NCBI GenBank assembly: GCA_024280015.1
Contig: JAJRQY010000006.1
Coordinates: 11 to 64,010 of the forward strand
Source: Actinomycetes bacterium
Lineage (GTDB): Bacteria > Actinomycetota > Acidimicrobiia > Acidimicrobiales > SZUA-35
Length of the DNA stretch: 64,000 bases
Direction of reading: 5' to 3'
Positions 62,602 to 64,000 of this stretch are shown here, one piece after another. The notes below the pieces were generated by a model. The model did not search any database, was not told where the DNA came from, and saw nothing but the letters and a program-made list of their open reading frames with translations. Every line of letters begins with the position of its first letter. The stretch's first letter is position 1. Position numbers and translations under genes: made by a program.

Positions 62602-63399
62602 ATGAGTGAAACCACAACCCCTGACGGCACGACCATCTATTGGGACGAAGCCGGCAAATCAGTAAATGATGATGATGGCGCAGTACTCCTCGTCCACGGC
62701 ATCACCGAGAACTCCCTTTTCTGGAAGCCGGTTGCCGACCTGCTTTCGCCCTCTGGCCGAGTGGTCTGGTTGGACCTTCGGGGGCACGGAAAGTCTGGTG
62801 ACGCCGACAACTACGATATGGCCTCCATGGCCAGTGATGTTGCCGCTGTCGCCGCCGCCGCAGGACTCGATCGTCCCCACCTCGTTGGTCACTCACTTGG
62901 GGGCATTGTTGTCTCAGCCGCTGGGGCAGCGATGCCGGTACGGTCGGTAACAAACGTTGACCAGTCCCTCCAGCTTGGTGCCTTCAAGGCAATGCTTTCT
63001 GAGGTTGAGGGCATGCTTCGAGACGCTGACTCCTTCCCTGTGGTCATGGCGGGTCTGTTCGAACAGTTGAGCGGCGAGAAGCTGAGCGAAGAGAAAAAGG
63101 CGGAAATGGCCTCCATGCGCCGCCCTCACCAGGACATGGTGCTCGGAGTTTGGGACATGATCTTCAACGGTTCTGAAGATGAGATTGGTGCCACGGTTGA
63201 GGCCGCGATGGCGGGCTACGCCAAAAACGCTGTCCCGTACTTGTCGCTTCACGGTGCCGATCCTGGCCCTGACTACGCCGACTGGCTGTCGGCCATGATC
63301 CCGGGAGCTGTGACCGAGTTGTGGGAGGACTACGGTCACTACCCGCATCTCGTTGACCCCGATCGGTTTGTCCAGAGGCTTCTCACCTTCTGGGGCTGA
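62602..63399 (+). CDS. alpha/beta hydrolase
   Basis: LLVHGITENSLFW oxyanion region, nucleophile elbow GHSLGG, and a late His (YGHYPH). I prefer ATG 62602 over GTG 62584. Confidence 0.85.
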   Translation: MSETTTPDGTTIYWDEAGKSVNDDDGAVLLVHGITENSLFWKPVADLLSPSGRVVWLDLRGHGKSGDADNYDMASMASDVAAVAAAAGLDRPHLVGHSLGGIVVSAAGAAMPVRSVTNVDQSLQLGAFKAMLSEVEGMLRDADSFPVVMAGLFEQLSGEKLSEEKKAEMASMRRPHQDMVLGVWDMIFNGSEDEIGATVEAAMAGYAKNAVPYLSLHGADPGPDYADWLSAMIPGAVTELWEDYGHYPHLVDPDRFVQRLLTFWG

Positions 63400-63475
63400 G
63401 CCAAGGCGATCTGGGGCCGTCACCGGATCGACGTGTTTCGTTAAGTTGGTGCCATGAGATGCCGATTGATTCTTG

Positions 63476-64000
63476 ATGCAAGATCAGTCTGCAATAGAGC
63501 CTACGCTTCCTGAGCGCGCCCGGACCCTGTTGGCCGCCTCTCCGCATGCCGCCTTGGCCTGCGTGGATATCGACGGCCGCCCGGTGGTTGGCATCACCCC
63601 AATCGTTGATGACGGCACCGGAGCACCAGTAACGGTCATCTCCAATCTCTCCACCCATGTGATCCGAGCCCGACAAGATTCACGGGCCAGTATGACGATC
63701 GGTGATCGGCTTCTCATTCAGGGTGACCTGGTTGCCATCCCTGGTCTCCAGCAACTGGACTTACAAGGGCGCTTCTTGCAGGATCATTCCCACCTACAAA
63801 CCCAGGTCGAGTCCTTGGACTACTCCTGGCTTCGCTTAGTTCCTCTTCGAGTCTGCTGGACGGATGAGACTGGCTCAGAGCACTGGCTTCGACCCCAGGA
63901 TCTGGCTGGAGCGGAGCCCGATCCGTTGGCCAAGTTAGCTGATGATTTGGTCGTGTCCATCGCTGATCGCCTGGGCGAGGACCTTCTCCTCATGGCCAAG
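63476..64000 (+). CDS. PNPOx-fold / DUF2470 (HugZ-like) protein, 5' part; runs off window
   Basis: Manual translation from ATG 63476 gives MQDQSAIEPTLPERARTLLAASPHAALACVDIDGRPVVGITPIVDDGTGAPVTVISNLSTH... and stays open to the window end. The pattern is typical of pyridoxamine-phosphate-oxidase-like heme-utilisation proteins. Confidence 0.55.
   Translation, partial: MQDQSAIEPTLPERARTLLAASPHAALACVDIDGRPVVGITPIVDDGTGAPVTVISNLSTHVIRARQDSRASMTIGDRLLIQGDLVAIPGLQQLDLQGRFLQDHSHLQTQVESLDYSWLRLVPLRVCWTDETGSEHWLRPQDLAGAEPDPLAKLADDLVVSIADRLGEDLLLMAK

Noticed and set aside
63413-63445. GGGGCCGTCACCGGATCGACGTGTTTCGTTAAG: begins GGGG and ends CGTTAAG, so a possible solo Tn3-type IR relic.
   Set aside because: It is only 33 nt, has weak internal similarity to the element's IR, and has no partner repeat or TSD. 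It could easily be chance in 64 kb.

Overview
This is a GC-rich, densely coding chromosomal segment of actinobacterial type. That assignment rests on gene content and codon style, and no database search was run. I call about 55 protein genes and found no rRNA, tRNA or CRISPR array by eye.

Gene content, left to right:
- Na/Pi symporter with a PhoU-like partner, and a sugar-type ABC importer (substrate-binding protein plus two permeases, no ATPase).
- A membrane-anchored metallophosphoesterase, E. coli-type pyrC, and a DHODH-like gene.
- A PfkB kinase, a DEAD-box helicase with repetitive tails, and gpsA.
- A TetR/FAD-monooxygenase divergent pair.
- A copper-chaperone cluster (SCO, cupredoxin-like lipoprotein, membrane protein, PCuAC) with an ECF sigma and a divergent anti-sigma.
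- Alkyl-sulfatase, ppa, and a P450-PPTase-ALDH-dienelactone hydrolase block.
- hrpA, an RlmI-like methyltransferase, a DUF1800/DUF1501 pair, a GGDEF-EAL protein, and an SNF2 helicase.
- Homocysteine methyltransferase, trkA/trkH, an ApbE/ferric-reductase-like cluster, an aquaporin, a LysE exporter, an aldose epimerase and an alpha/beta hydrolase.

Most notable observations:
1. A 3.8-kb insertion (57048-60881) has 131-bp near-perfect terminal inverted repeats. Their outer 38 bp carry Tn3-family signatures (GGGG...ACGTTAAG), and a 5-bp TCTTG target duplication flanks the element. It has no transposase. It carries an HTH/coiled-coil gene, a decayed S1 protease, an inhibitor-like lipoprotein, and a third internal IR that delimits a 484-bp miniature element.
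2. Three GGAAC-N17-CGAC ECF-type promoter candidates link the sigma factor to the SCO operon, the PCuAC gene and the anti-sigma gene.
3. An aldehyde dehydrogenase is interrupted by a single in-frame TGA at a conserved Gly codon. It is followed in-frame by a PPTase whose conserved N-terminus has no canonical start codon.
4. The ApbE/cytochrome-b cluster lacks an FMN_bind partner. In its place is a Thr/Pro-rich anchored protein ending in ...ESGAS.
5. A 17-bp tandem duplication of a translation-initiation region lies next to a perfect 16-bp palindrome.

All functional calls rest on motif recognition by eye and should be confirmed by HMM or BLAST searches.
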